Shown in pieces: positions 52,082 to 60,793 of a stretch of DNA of 64,000 nucleotides. The notes under the pieces were generated by a model. It was not told the origin of the DNA, searched no databases, and worked only from the letters and a program-made list of their open reading frames with translations. Made by a program: the position numbers and the translations under genes. The stretch's first letter is position 1; each line of letters begins with the position of its first letter. This DNA is from Bdellovibrionales bacterium (GTDB lineage: Bacteria > Bdellovibrionota > Bdellovibrionia > Bdellovibrionales > JAUICD01), in assembly GCA_965197425.1 (NCBI GenBank), contig CBDANC010000012.1, positions 128,001 to 192,000 of the forward strand. The letters are read 5' to 3'.

Positions 52082-52576
52082 ATGATGGTACCCCAAATAC
52101 ATTTTTTTGCATGTTTGTTACTACTAATTCTAACAGTGTCTGCACAAACCTCTTTTATGTACAACCTGCTGGGAACGACCTCCCATATGTGGCTTGCAAT
52201 TACAGTCTATATATCCATATACAGGAGTTTAACTTTTTGTATAACCTGGGTTTATATAAGTACCATTATACTTTTATTATTTTCATATTCACAACTTTCA
52301 TACTTCTTGGCAGGACAGATGATTTTGATCTTTACTATAAGACTTATAGTTAAAAATGTTTTTTACAACACTCTATCTTACTTTATCAGAATGTATTTAT
52401 TTTCGATAATTTTATTTTATCTAACAACTGTTACACTAGATTATATCTTACATAATCTACCAATTCATATAGGAAGTAATTTGATCCTCCAGGCAATTCA
52501 ATCTATTCTTACGGGTACGGTTATATTTTATACTATGAGAATTTTAGACACCATTCGAACCAGAACTAGTGAGTAG
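52082..52576 (+). CDS. mreD: MreD-like membrane protein
   Basis: Hydrophobic, about 5 TMs, between mreC and mrdA; assignment mostly positional. Confidence 0.6.
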   Translation: MMVPQIHFFACLLLLILTVSAQTSFMYNLLGTTSHMWLAITVYISIYRSLTFCITWVYISTIILLLFSYSQLSYFLAGQMILIFTIRLIVKNVFYNTLSYFIRMYLFSIILFYLTTVTLDYILHNLPIHIGSNLILQAIQSILTGTVIFYTMRILDTIRTRTSE

Positions 52577-52578
52577 CT

Positions 52579-54471
52579 ATGAATTTATATTTAGATGATG
52601 AAAAGGATGTTAAAAGTTTAAAGGACAAGTTTAAACTTTTATATATTATTATCTTATCCTTCTCTTCCATTTTTTTGATAAGACTTTTTTACCTGCAAGT
52701 AATAAAAGGAGGTGAACTAAAGGAATGGTCTGACAACAACCACATTAAACCTCAAACTGTAAGAGCTACTAGAGGTATGATCTTTGATAGAAATGGAGAG
52801 GTCTTAGTGGACAATATTCCAGGCTTTGTTGCGGTTATAGTGCCTCAGTATACTAGTGATTTGAGAAAGACATCTAAGGAAGTTGCAAAAATTATAGATA
52901 TTGACCCAGAACAAATTATTAAAACAGTTGAAAAAAATAGAGGGGCCCTATTTAGACCTGTAATCATAAAAGAAAATTTAACCAGAGATGAAGTAGCTCT
53001 ATTAGAAAAAATTAGAATAACAAATCCAGGACTCAGAGTAGAAATGAAAAGTAAAAGGAACTACACCCTGGGTGAAAGTGGAGTACAGTTATTTGGATAT
53101 GTAGGTGAGATTACAAAAAATCAATTAGAAAAAAACAATAAACTGAAGCAAGGGGATATCATAGGCAGGAGAGGCATTGAACAATATTTTGATGCGGAAT
53201 TAAGAGGGGTTGATGGATATGTACCGGTAAAAGTAGATGCTTTTGGACGAGAGTCAAAAGACATTAATACACCAGAAGTAATATCTTTTTTATACGAGCA
53301 GTATTATAAAGAATCCAAACCTGGTCACTCTATGTTTCTTACAATAGATAAAAAAATACAACAAGCCGCCTACAACGCATTTAAAAACAGAAACCGGATT
53401 GGTGCGGCAGTTGTACTGGAGAATAAAACAGGTGCAGTGTTAGCTTGGGTAAATTCTCCAAGTTTTGATCCACACATGTTTTGGCCTAGAATTAGTACTC
53501 ACAACTGGCAAAACTTAATAAGCCAGGAGTTCAAGCCTTTAAGAAATAAAGTTGTACAAGACCATTATGCTCCAGGCTCGACCTTTAAAACAACTGTTGC
53601 GTTGGCAGGTTTGCAAGAAGGTATTATAACCAAAAATACAGAGCATCATTGTCCTGGATATTTTAGATTTGGAAGAAGGTTATACCATTGCTGGAGAAGA
53701 GGTGGTCATGGTTCTTTAAATGTAATAGATGCATTAGCCAAGTCTTGTAATGTATTTTTCTATAAACTGGGAAATGACCTTGGAATTGATAAAATTGCTA
53801 AATATGCAAGGGCATTGGGTTTTGGCAAAAAAACTCAAATAACCTCTAGCCAAGAGACTACAGGTTTAGTACCTGACTCTGAATGGAAAAAGGAAAACAC
53901 AAATGAACAATGGCAACCAGGAGAAACATTAAGTGTATCTGTTGGCCAGGGTTTTTTGTTAGCAACTCCAATACAAGTTGCAAATGTTTTTTCTAATATT
54001 GCGAATAATGGATATAGTTTTAAACCTTATTTTGTAGATAAATTTACTAGAGCTGATGGTTTGGTCATAAAGGAGTTCAACAAAACCTTAGAAGTCTCAA
54101 CTGATGTAAGAACAGAGACAGGTGATGAAATTGTAATTTCCAATGACAACTTTCAGATCGTAAAGCAAGGTCTTTGGAAAAGTGTTAATGCCACAGGAGG
54201 AACTGGAAGAGCACATGCTCTTAAAGAGATTATTTTTGCCGGTAAAACAGGAACAAGTCAGATAATTAATTTCTCTTCAAAAGAACTTTTTGAAAGGTGT
54301 CAAGATAGACCAATAAATTTAAGGCACCATGGTTGGTTTGTAGGTTTTGCACCGTTTGAAGATCCCAAAATTACAGTGGCAGTCTTAGCACAGCATTCGT
54401 GTTCTGGTTCAGGTGGTGCCGCACCTATTGCCAGGGACATTATTAAAACATTCAGTGACATTGAGGAATAG
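52579..54471 (+). CDS. mrdA: Penicillin-binding protein 2
   Basis: RLFYLQV, RG.IFDRNG, PGSTFK (SxxK), SCN, KTGT. Confidence 0.95.
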   Translation: MNLYLDDEKDVKSLKDKFKLLYIIILSFSSIFLIRLFYLQVIKGGELKEWSDNNHIKPQTVRATRGMIFDRNGEVLVDNIPGFVAVIVPQYTSDLRKTSKEVAKIIDIDPEQIIKTVEKNRGALFRPVIIKENLTRDEVALLEKIRITNPGLRVEMKSKRNYTLGESGVQLFGYVGEITKNQLEKNNKLKQGDIIGRRGIEQYFDAELRGVDGYVPVKVDAFGRESKDINTPEVISFLYEQYYKESKPGHSMFLTIDKKIQQAAYNAFKNRNRIGAAVVLENKTGAVLAWVNSPSFDPHMFWPRISTHNWQNLISQEFKPLRNKVVQDHYAPGSTFKTTVALAGLQEGIITKNTEHHCPGYFRFGRRLYHCWRRGGHGSLNVIDALAKSCNVFFYKLGNDLGIDKIAKYARALGFGKKTQITSSQETTGLVPDSEWKKENTNEQWQPGETLSVSVGQGFLLATPIQVANVFSNIANNGYSFKPYFVDKFTRADGLVIKEFNKTLEVSTDVRTETGDEIVISNDNFQIVKQGLWKSVNATGGTGRAHALKEIIFAGKTGTSQIINFSSKELFERCQDRPINLRHHGWFVGFAPFEDPKITVAVLAQHSCSGSGGAAPIARDIIKTFSDIEE

Positions 54472-54476
54472 TTAAA

Positions 54477-55586
54477 GTGTTGGTAGATAGAGGAACATTT
54501 TTAAAAAGAGTAGATTGGCCTCTGATCTTAGTTATTTTTATTATACAGGTTTTGGGGTTAATTAACTTGTGGAGCACAATACACAATGTAGACACCCCAC
54601 TTTTTGAATTTGAGCAAAAGTTTGTCGCACAGATAATTTGGATTTCAATAGGTTGGGTTGTGTTTATCTTAGCAACTGTGATCAACTACAACTACTTTTT
54701 AAAATTTAGTTTTTTAATTTATTTTATAAATCTTCTGCTTTTGTTGTTGGTGTTTTTTGTGGGGGAATCTAGTTATGGAGCAAAAAGATGGATAGATCTT
54801 GGTTTTTTTAAACTACAGCCATCGGAACCTATGAAGTATGTGTTGGTACTTGTGTTAGCCAAAGTGCTTTCTAAGTTTTCAGATGAGGTACAGTTAAAAA
54901 ATCTTACCAAACCTCTCATATTAACCGTACTTCCTTTTATATTAACCGTTAGACAACCAGACTTAGGTACGGCCATGGTGTTTGTGGGCATATTGGCAGT
55001 AATGCTCTTATTTATAGGAATCTCTAAAAAGTTGTTATTGTCGGGGATACTGCTATGTATGGTGATTGTGCCTGTAGCTTGGAAATTTGGATTGAAACAA
55101 TATCAAAAAGAAAGAGTCATGACTTTTGTAAATCCATCTAAGGATCCTCAAGGCACTGGTTATAATTCAAATCAATCCAAGATAGCAGTAGGATCAGGTG
55201 GCATTTATGGAAAAGGCTTTCATAAGGGCACGCAGTCCCAGCTAGAGTTTCTGCCAGAAAGACACACTGATTTTGTTTTTAGTGTGCTAAGTGAGGAACA
55301 TGGCTTTATAGGTAGCATGTTTGTTATATCCTTATTTGTTATTTTAATTGGCATGGGAATAAAAATAGCATCTCTTGCAACAGATAAAAGTGGGGCTATT
55401 ATGGCAGTAGGTTGTTCGATGACAATTTTTATTCATATGTCAATTAACATAGCCATGGTGATAGGTTTATTGCCCATTGTGGGAATACCTTTGCCATTAT
55501 TATCATACGGGGGATCAAATTTAGTACCAACCATGTTAGCACTAGGTTTTATATCCAGTATTTCCGCACGAAAAAATCTTTTTTAA
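54477..55586 (+). CDS. rodA: SEDS peptidoglycan polymerase RodA
   Basis: GAKRWI, QPSE..K, QPDLGT, IAVGSGG, LPERHTDF, GIPLP..SYGGS. Confidence 0.96.
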   Translation: MLVDRGTFLKRVDWPLILVIFIIQVLGLINLWSTIHNVDTPLFEFEQKFVAQIIWISIGWVVFILATVINYNYFLKFSFLIYFINLLLLLLVFFVGESSYGAKRWIDLGFFKLQPSEPMKYVLVLVLAKVLSKFSDEVQLKNLTKPLILTVLPFILTVRQPDLGTAMVFVGILAVMLLFIGISKKLLLSGILLCMVIVPVAWKFGLKQYQKERVMTFVNPSKDPQGTGYNSNQSKIAVGSGGIYGKGFHKGTQSQLEFLPERHTDFVFSVLSEEHGFIGSMFVISLFVILIGMGIKIASLATDKSGAIMAVGCSMTIFIHMSINIAMVIGLLPIVGIPLPLLSYGGSNLVPTMLALGFISSISARKNLF

Positions 55587-55591
55587 TACTC

Positions 55592-55809
55592 AAGGTCTTC
55601 CGAACGAGGCAAAAATAAGGAGGCTATGCCTACTTATTTTGCTGAGTGGTTGCCCAGCTTTCTACCACGATGCTAATCCCGACACAAAGGTCTTCCGAAT
55701 CAAGTTAAAAGATGGATTGGTGAAATGTAAGACGAAGTCCAAATGTAACCAAGACATCTTTTAGCTTGATGGTTGCCCAGCTCTGGAACACGATGCTGAT
55801 CCCGGCACA
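55592..55809 (+). repeat. Two complete tandem family-A units (55592-55686, 55687-55809)
   Basis: Both begin aaggtcttccgaa and end ggttgcccagc...cacgatgct.atcccg.caca, with different internal hairpins. Confidence 0.92.
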
Positions 55810-55812
55810 TTG

Positions 55813-55860
55813 ATCAGGCATTCTGGCAATCAGGCAATCGAGCAAACTGGCAGACAGGTA
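55813..55860 (+). repeat. Six degenerate 8-nt tandem repeats (consensus ATCAGGCA)
   Basis: atcaggca ttctggca atcaggca atcgagca aactggca gacaggta. Confidence 0.8.
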
Positions 55861-55863
55861 ATG

Positions 55864-55935
55864 GTCTCTTATTTTAAAAAAATATTTCCTCCTAGATAAA
55901 AACTATAGAGCAAATATTTTTTTAAAATAGGAGAC
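55864..55935 (+). promoter_or_regulatory. 24-bp hairpin sequestering the RBS of the four-helix-bundle gene
   Basis: gtctcttattttaaaaaaatattt pairs with aaatatttttttaaaataggagac (one G-U); the right arm contains AGGAG about 10 nt before the ATG. Confidence 0.75.
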
Positions 55936-55943
55936 AACATAGT

Positions 55944-56237
55944 ATGAAAAAATTAAAAACTTACCAGCTTGCAATTAACTTTTATCACAAAGCTGAAAAC
56001 CTACACCTAAAGGAACCGCTTAGAAGCCAATTCCAAAGAGCTATCCTAAGCATTGTGCTAAATATTGCAGAGGGAAGTGCGAAGCCAACAGCTAAAGATA
56101 GAAGGAAGTTTTATTCTATAAGCCTTGGGTCACTTAGAGAAACACAGGCAATACTAGAAATCATAGACCACAAAAACCTAATAGAAAAAGCAAATACACT
56201 GGGAGGATATCTATACAAACTATGCAAAAATACATAA
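55944..56237 (+). CDS. Four-helix-bundle protein (23S rRNA IVS protein / Avd-like family)
   Basis: LKTYQLA, LRSQFQRA.LSI.LNIAEG, F..ISLGSLRE family signature. Confidence 0.9.
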   Translation: MKKLKTYQLAINFYHKAENLHLKEPLRSQFQRAILSIVLNIAEGSAKPTAKDRRKFYSISLGSLRETQAILEIIDHKNLIEKANTLGGYLYKLCKNT

Positions 56238-56266
56238 GATTAATCAGGCAATGATCTGCTTTTTTC

Positions 56267-56346
56267 AAGGTCTTCCGAACGAAGTCAAACAAATGGACTG
56301 GTATAACGAGTGTACGAAGTCCAAGTGAACCCAAGCTCACCTTTAG
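56267..56346 (+). repeat. Truncated family-A unit
   Basis: aaggtcttccgaacga...tggactggt...cgaagtccaagtgaaccca. Confidence 0.82.
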
Positions 56347-56554
56347 TGGAAATTTTAGAATTAAGTTTTTGTTATTATCTATCCAAGCTTTACAACATAA
56401 TGTCCCGTATCTATTATCTTAACCACCTATAGGCTTCAGCTTCTGATGTGTCACGGCTTACGTAGGAGAAATTATGTAAAGGTTGACTTGTCCCATTGTT
56501 TTAAATAGAAATCTTGGATTGTTATGTTTTGTGTGTTGAGATCCTGGGAGTTTT

Positions 56555-57292
56555 ATGGGTAGGAGCAAAAGGAAAGCAAAAAAGTCAATATTTTCTGGTT
56601 TTAGCTCAATAGCCTTGGCCGTCCTGGCAGCACTGTCTGTGAGATGGCTTTTGATAGAAGCGTATGTAATTCCCTCTGGTAGTATGTTACCTACCCTGCT
56701 AATACATGACCATATTTTTGTAAACAAAATTAAATACGGCATTAGAGCCCCTTTTGGCAAAACCTGGATTTTAGATTTTGAAAAACCCAAAAAAAATGAT
56801 GTTGTAGTATTCAGATACCCCAAGGATGAAAAAATATTTTTTATAAAAAGAGTAATAGGCACGCCGGGGGATGAAATTCACTATGATGATGGAATTTTAT
56901 ACATTAATCAGGTAGAGGTAGAAAGAATACAGCCTCCAACTGGGAAAGACGGGTACAAATGGATGACAGATAGTGATGTTCCAGGCGGAAAACAAGACTA
57001 TGATTATTTTTACGAGCTTATGGACCAGGAAAGTCACCCCACTTTGCTCAGAAGAAGTGAATACCACATGAGCTGGGGTCCTGAACAAATACCTAATGGC
57101 TATATATTTGTCATGGGCGATAATAGAGACAACTCAAATGATAGTAGACACTGGGGTTTTGTACCTATGGAAAATATTCTAGGTAAGGCCATGTTTGTAT
57201 GGTTAAGTTGCAATGACACTCTACCAATTGTAAGTTTTCTATGTAACCCAATAAAACTTAGATGGGGCAGGTTCTTTGACTGGATAAGGTAA
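56555..57292 (+). CDS. lepB: Signal peptidase I
   Basis: IPSGSMLPTL..D.IFVNK, FIKRVIG.PGD, FVMGDNRDNSNDSR.WGFVP. Confidence 0.97.
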   Translation: MGRSKRKAKKSIFSGFSSIALAVLAALSVRWLLIEAYVIPSGSMLPTLLIHDHIFVNKIKYGIRAPFGKTWILDFEKPKKNDVVVFRYPKDEKIFFIKRVIGTPGDEIHYDDGILYINQVEVERIQPPTGKDGYKWMTDSDVPGGKQDYDYFYELMDQESHPTLLRRSEYHMSWGPEQIPNGYIFVMGDNRDNSNDSRHWGFVPMENILGKAMFVWLSCNDTLPIVSFLCNPIKLRWGRFFDWIR

Positions 57293-57365
57293 TCAAAAAG
57301 ATACAAAAATTGCACAAAATGTTGTATTATTGAGCAACTAGCTCTTCCTTTTTTTGGAGGTTATT

Positions 57366-57956
57366 ATGAGATGGTTATTATTATTATTATTTTTGCCTAT
57401 TAATGCTGAGGCTATGACTTCTTTGTTTGAATCTGGAAGCGTGGTTAATAGAGGTGAGTATAAGACCACATTGTCTACTCAGTTTTTAAATGGCAACGAT
57501 ACTTCTTCTATACAGTTAGTTGGCCAGGTAGAAACTGGTGTATCTGAAAGCGAGTCCTTTAAACTATCCTTAGGGGCAGGCGGATCTTCTTATGCACAAT
57601 TTGGCGGCAGTTATAAGTGGATCCCATATCCTGACATAGCAGGCCAACCTGCACTAGGTGGTGTTGCAGCTGTGAGATATTCTGCTAATAGATCCACTGA
57701 CAACGATTTTGTCATACAAGTAGGGCCTATTGTTTCTAAGTACATACAATTTGCTACAGGTGCATTTGATGTCTACTCCTCTATGCTATTTGGAACCAAA
57801 GTATCTAGTGAATGGGAATTACCTATTAACTTTAACCTCGGTGCTGAAATTGAGACCATTAGAATACCAGACCTTAAGCTATACGCTGAATTGGCAATTG
57901 CACTAAACAGTGCATCTAGCCATATTTTTGGTATTGGAATTTCTAGACTTTTTTAA
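57366..57956 (+). CDS. Putative small outer-membrane beta-barrel protein
   Basis: Signal peptide, alternating beta-strand pattern, terminal F; paralogous to the next gene. Confidence 0.6.
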   Translation: MRWLLLLLFLPINAEAMTSLFESGSVVNRGEYKTTLSTQFLNGNDTSSIQLVGQVETGVSESESFKLSLGAGGSSYAQFGGSYKWIPYPDIAGQPALGGVAAVRYSANRSTDNDFVIQVGPIVSKYIQFATGAFDVYSSMLFGTKVSSEWELPINFNLGAEIETIRIPDLKLYAELAIALNSASSHIFGIGISRLF

Positions 57957-58021
57957 AACCCTAAATTTTCTTGCATAAGCACTGTACACTACATATCAAT
58001 TAGGGTTTTGGTGGACATACT

Positions 58022-58726
58022 TTGAAATTAAAAATATTTTTTGTATTGTTACTTATGCCTATTGTTTTCAAAGGAACAGAGGCTTTATCTCAAACTCCCT
58101 TTCAAACAACCCCAGCTTATGGCTCTCTACCTCCAAACCCGGTACTTCAAGACAATTTGATTCAAACACCTCTTCTCCAAACAGGAAAAGTAGTTGAAAA
58201 GAGAACTTATAAGGTAGGTGCATTTATTCCTTTTATCAAGACCAATACCAAGGCTAATATTACACTTCAAGCAGAAACAGGCATAACAGATAGTACCTCC
58301 GCTAATGCTATTATAAGTTTAGGCGCTTTTACTTCTATAACTGGTGGATATAAGTGGATCCCGTACCCCGATATAGAAAGTCAACCTGCAATTGGTGCTA
58401 TTTTCTACATAAACTATTATCCTGGCGACTTTACTATGGCCAATGTTCTAAGGCTACTTGCAGGACCAATTATATCTAAAGAAATAGATTTTTCTTCTAT
58501 GGCACTTAATTTGTACTCATCAGTTTTGGTCATCCTACAAAATGCCGAAACAAAACATAGGCTTAGTGTTCATTTAGGAGCTGAGACTACCTTTGAGAGT
58601 TTAGAAAATTTTAGCTTTCTTTTAGAGTGGGGTTTTGGTTTTGGTAATTTGCAAAATGGGCTTCCGAGGTTTAATACAGTTGGTACTTCTAATACTGTAA
58701 TACTAGGGGCATCTATGGTTTTTTAA
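58022..58726 (+). CDS. Putative small outer-membrane beta-barrel protein (paralog of the previous gene)
   Basis: Shares YKWIPYPDI..QPA.G, GPI.SK, YSS, LGAE; terminal F. Confidence 0.6.
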   Translation: MKLKIFFVLLLMPIVFKGTEALSQTPFQTTPAYGSLPPNPVLQDNLIQTPLLQTGKVVEKRTYKVGAFIPFIKTNTKANITLQAETGITDSTSANAIISLGAFTSITGGYKWIPYPDIESQPAIGAIFYINYYPGDFTMANVLRLLAGPIISKEIDFSSMALNLYSSVLVILQNAETKHRLSVHLGAETTFESLENFSFLLEWGFGFGNLQNGLPRFNTVGTSNTVILGASMVF

Positions 58727-59294
58727 GCTTTGCTATACTAAATGTATAGTTTGGCTTGTCCTTTACCACTCCCACTCCTGTGATCTGTGTATTTAAAACA
58801 GATATAAATTTATAAGTTAAAAACTTATTGGCTTTGTCAAAAAAGTCTTTTTCTATACGAATGTTTGATATTAAAGAATCTTTGTTAAAGTGGTTTGAAA
58901 TGGCTTTAAAAGATGCCTCCTTAGCTGACCAATATAGGTGGTTCATTTTATTTTCTATAAAAAATCTGGAATCATCCAAAACATCCAATCGGTTACAAAC
59001 TTTATCTGTTATCTTTTTATTTTCTAAGTCAAATCCATAACTTCCTTCAAAGGATATTAGATATCCTCCTATATTTTTAGAATGGCTTATACTAATGCAG
59101 CATGATTTTACCCTGGGTTTTTGTGATAGATCTAGCAATGATGATTTGTTAAATGGAATTTCCGATTTTTCTAAAAACTGAAAAATACTGTTTCTAATTT
59201 TAAGTCTATTGTTTGCTTCATTAGAACCCCATTTGCTATAAGCTTCTATATGAACATTGAAACATGTTGGTAGTGTGTGCTCTGTAACCAGCAT
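58713..59294 (-). CDS. 4'-phosphopantetheinyl transferase superfamily protein
   Basis: ISISHS, GFDLE, WSAKEASFKA. Confidence 0.78.
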   Translation of the reverse strand: MLVTEHTLPTCFNVHIEAYSKWGSNEANNRLKIRNSIFQFLEKSEIPFNKSSLLDLSQKPRVKSCCISISHSKNIGGYLISFEGSYGFDLENKKITDKVCNRLDVLDDSRFFIENKMNHLYWSAKEASFKAISNHFNKDSLISNIRIEKDFFDKANKFLTYKFISVLNTQITGVGVVKDKPNYTFSIAKLKKP

Positions 59295-59386
59295 TTTTTT
59301 AAAGTATCAGTTGTAGTTTAATTGTCAAATGCAAATACAAATTCTAATGTTTGACGATTTTTAAAACTACGATTAAAAGAACTTAA

Positions 59387-60793
59387 ATGGAACTAAGAAG
59401 CTTACTGAAAAAATGCGGTTTAAGGAGTTTGGATATTTCTAATATCGAAGGCATAACTGTTAATTCCAAGGATACTAAAAACAAGTTATTTGTTGCAATT
59501 AAGGGATTAAATCAAGATGGCCATGATTACATAGAAGAAGCTTTGCAAAATGGTGCATTGGCAGTTGTAGCTCAAAAAACAAATTTTAAGCACTCAAAAA
59601 TAATTTTGGTCAAAGATACTCCCACTATGTTAAGTAAGCTTTCTAGTATCTATTATCAATATGATCCTACTAAAATGATATGTGTTGGAATAACCGGCAC
59701 AAACGGAAAGACAACTTTGTCCTATATGCTAGAAAATATTTTAACCTATCTTGGTGTTAAAGTAGGAGTCATTGGAACAATAGACTCACACTATAAAAAT
59801 CATAAGTTAGAAAGCACATTGACTACTCCAGACGCTATTACCCTTCACAAAATTTTAAACGCAATCCAAAAACTAGGTGGCAATACCTGCGTTATGGAAG
59901 TTTCAAGCCATGCAATTATACAGTCTAGAGTGAGTAGCATTATTTTTAATTGCGCCTTATTTACCAATCTTACAGCCGATCACTTAGATTACCACAAAGA
60001 TATGGATGATTACTTTAGAGTTAAAAAGAAGCTCTTTTCTTCCAATAGTCTATCGATTATAAACACAGACTGTCAGTGGGGAAGTAAATTATCTAACACA
60101 CTTAGTAACAAAGTTACATATGGCACCAAAGATCAAGATGTGGTAGTTACTAATATTAAGTCTCACATAACTTATGTTCAGTTCGACATTTTATATAAAA
60201 CCACTACCTATAAGAAAAAAATAAATATGACAGGCAAGCATAATGCAATCAATTTTGCTGGAAGTTTTGCAACTTGTGTTGGTCTGGGATATAAACCAGA
60301 AGAAATATTGAAAGCAAAGATAAATCCAGTACCTGGTCGTATGGAGCTTGTAACCAAAAATGAAGTTTATTGTTTTGTTGATTATTCTCACACTGAAGAT
60401 GCACTTTTATCTGCGCTTAAGTCATTAAATGAGATCAAACCAGTGAATTCTAAAATCATAACGGTGTTTGGATGCGGAGGCGGTAGAGACAGAGATAAAA
60501 GACCAAAGATGGCAAAAGTGTCGGAATCTTTTAGTGATTATGTTATTGTGACTTCAGATAACCCTAGGTTTGAGCAAATGGAAGACATAATTTTAGAGAT
60601 CAAATCTGGTTTTAAAAATTTAGAAAAGAAAGAATTTATAAAGGATAGAGCCAAGGCTATAGGCAGAGCTTTAGAAATTGCCAAACCAAAAGATATAATT
60701 TTAGTTGCAGGGAAAGGGCATGAGAAATATCAAATAATAAAAAACAAAAAAATTAAATTTTGTGATAAGACTACAATTTTAAATGCAAAATAA
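59387..60793 (+). CDS. murE: UDP-MurNAc-tripeptide ligase MurE (DAP-type)
   Basis: GITGTNGKTT, LTTPD, MEVSSH, DHLDYH, VPGRME, DYSHT, TSDNPR, AGKGHE. Confidence 0.96.
   Translation: MELRSLLKKCGLRSLDISNIEGITVNSKDTKNKLFVAIKGLNQDGHDYIEEALQNGALAVVAQKTNFKHSKIILVKDTPTMLSKLSSIYYQYDPTKMICVGITGTNGKTTLSYMLENILTYLGVKVGVIGTIDSHYKNHKLESTLTTPDAITLHKILNAIQKLGGNTCVMEVSSHAIIQSRVSSIIFNCALFTNLTADHLDYHKDMDDYFRVKKKLFSSNSLSIINTDCQWGSKLSNTLSNKVTYGTKDQDVVVTNIKSHITYVQFDILYKTTTYKKKINMTGKHNAINFAGSFATCVGLGYKPEEILKAKINPVPGRMELVTKNEVYCFVDYSHTEDALLSALKSLNEIKPVNSKIITVFGCGGGRDRDKRPKMAKVSESFSDYVIVTSDNPRFEQMEDIILEIKSGFKNLEKKEFIKDRAKAIGRALEIAKPKDIILVAGKGHEKYQIIKNKKIKFCDKTTILNAK

Noticed and set aside
55592..55809. CRISPR array (repeat, variable insert, repeat)
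   Set aside because: Only 2-3 units per locus, inserts recur at other loci and are hairpins, unit lengths are irregular, and there are no cas genes
55944..56237. Diversity-generating retroelement (Avd) or 23S rRNA intervening sequence
   Set aside because: No reverse transcriptase, no TR/VR pair with A-specific mismatches, and no rRNA sequence flanking the gene
55592..56346. Integron cassette with attC sites
   Set aside because: No RYYYAAC...GTTRRRY box pair framing the stems and no integrase in the window
51105..59387. Missing mreB before mreC and missing mraZ-rsmH-ftsL-ftsI before murE as gene loss
   Set aside because: Split mre and dcw clusters are common and the genes may lie outside this window
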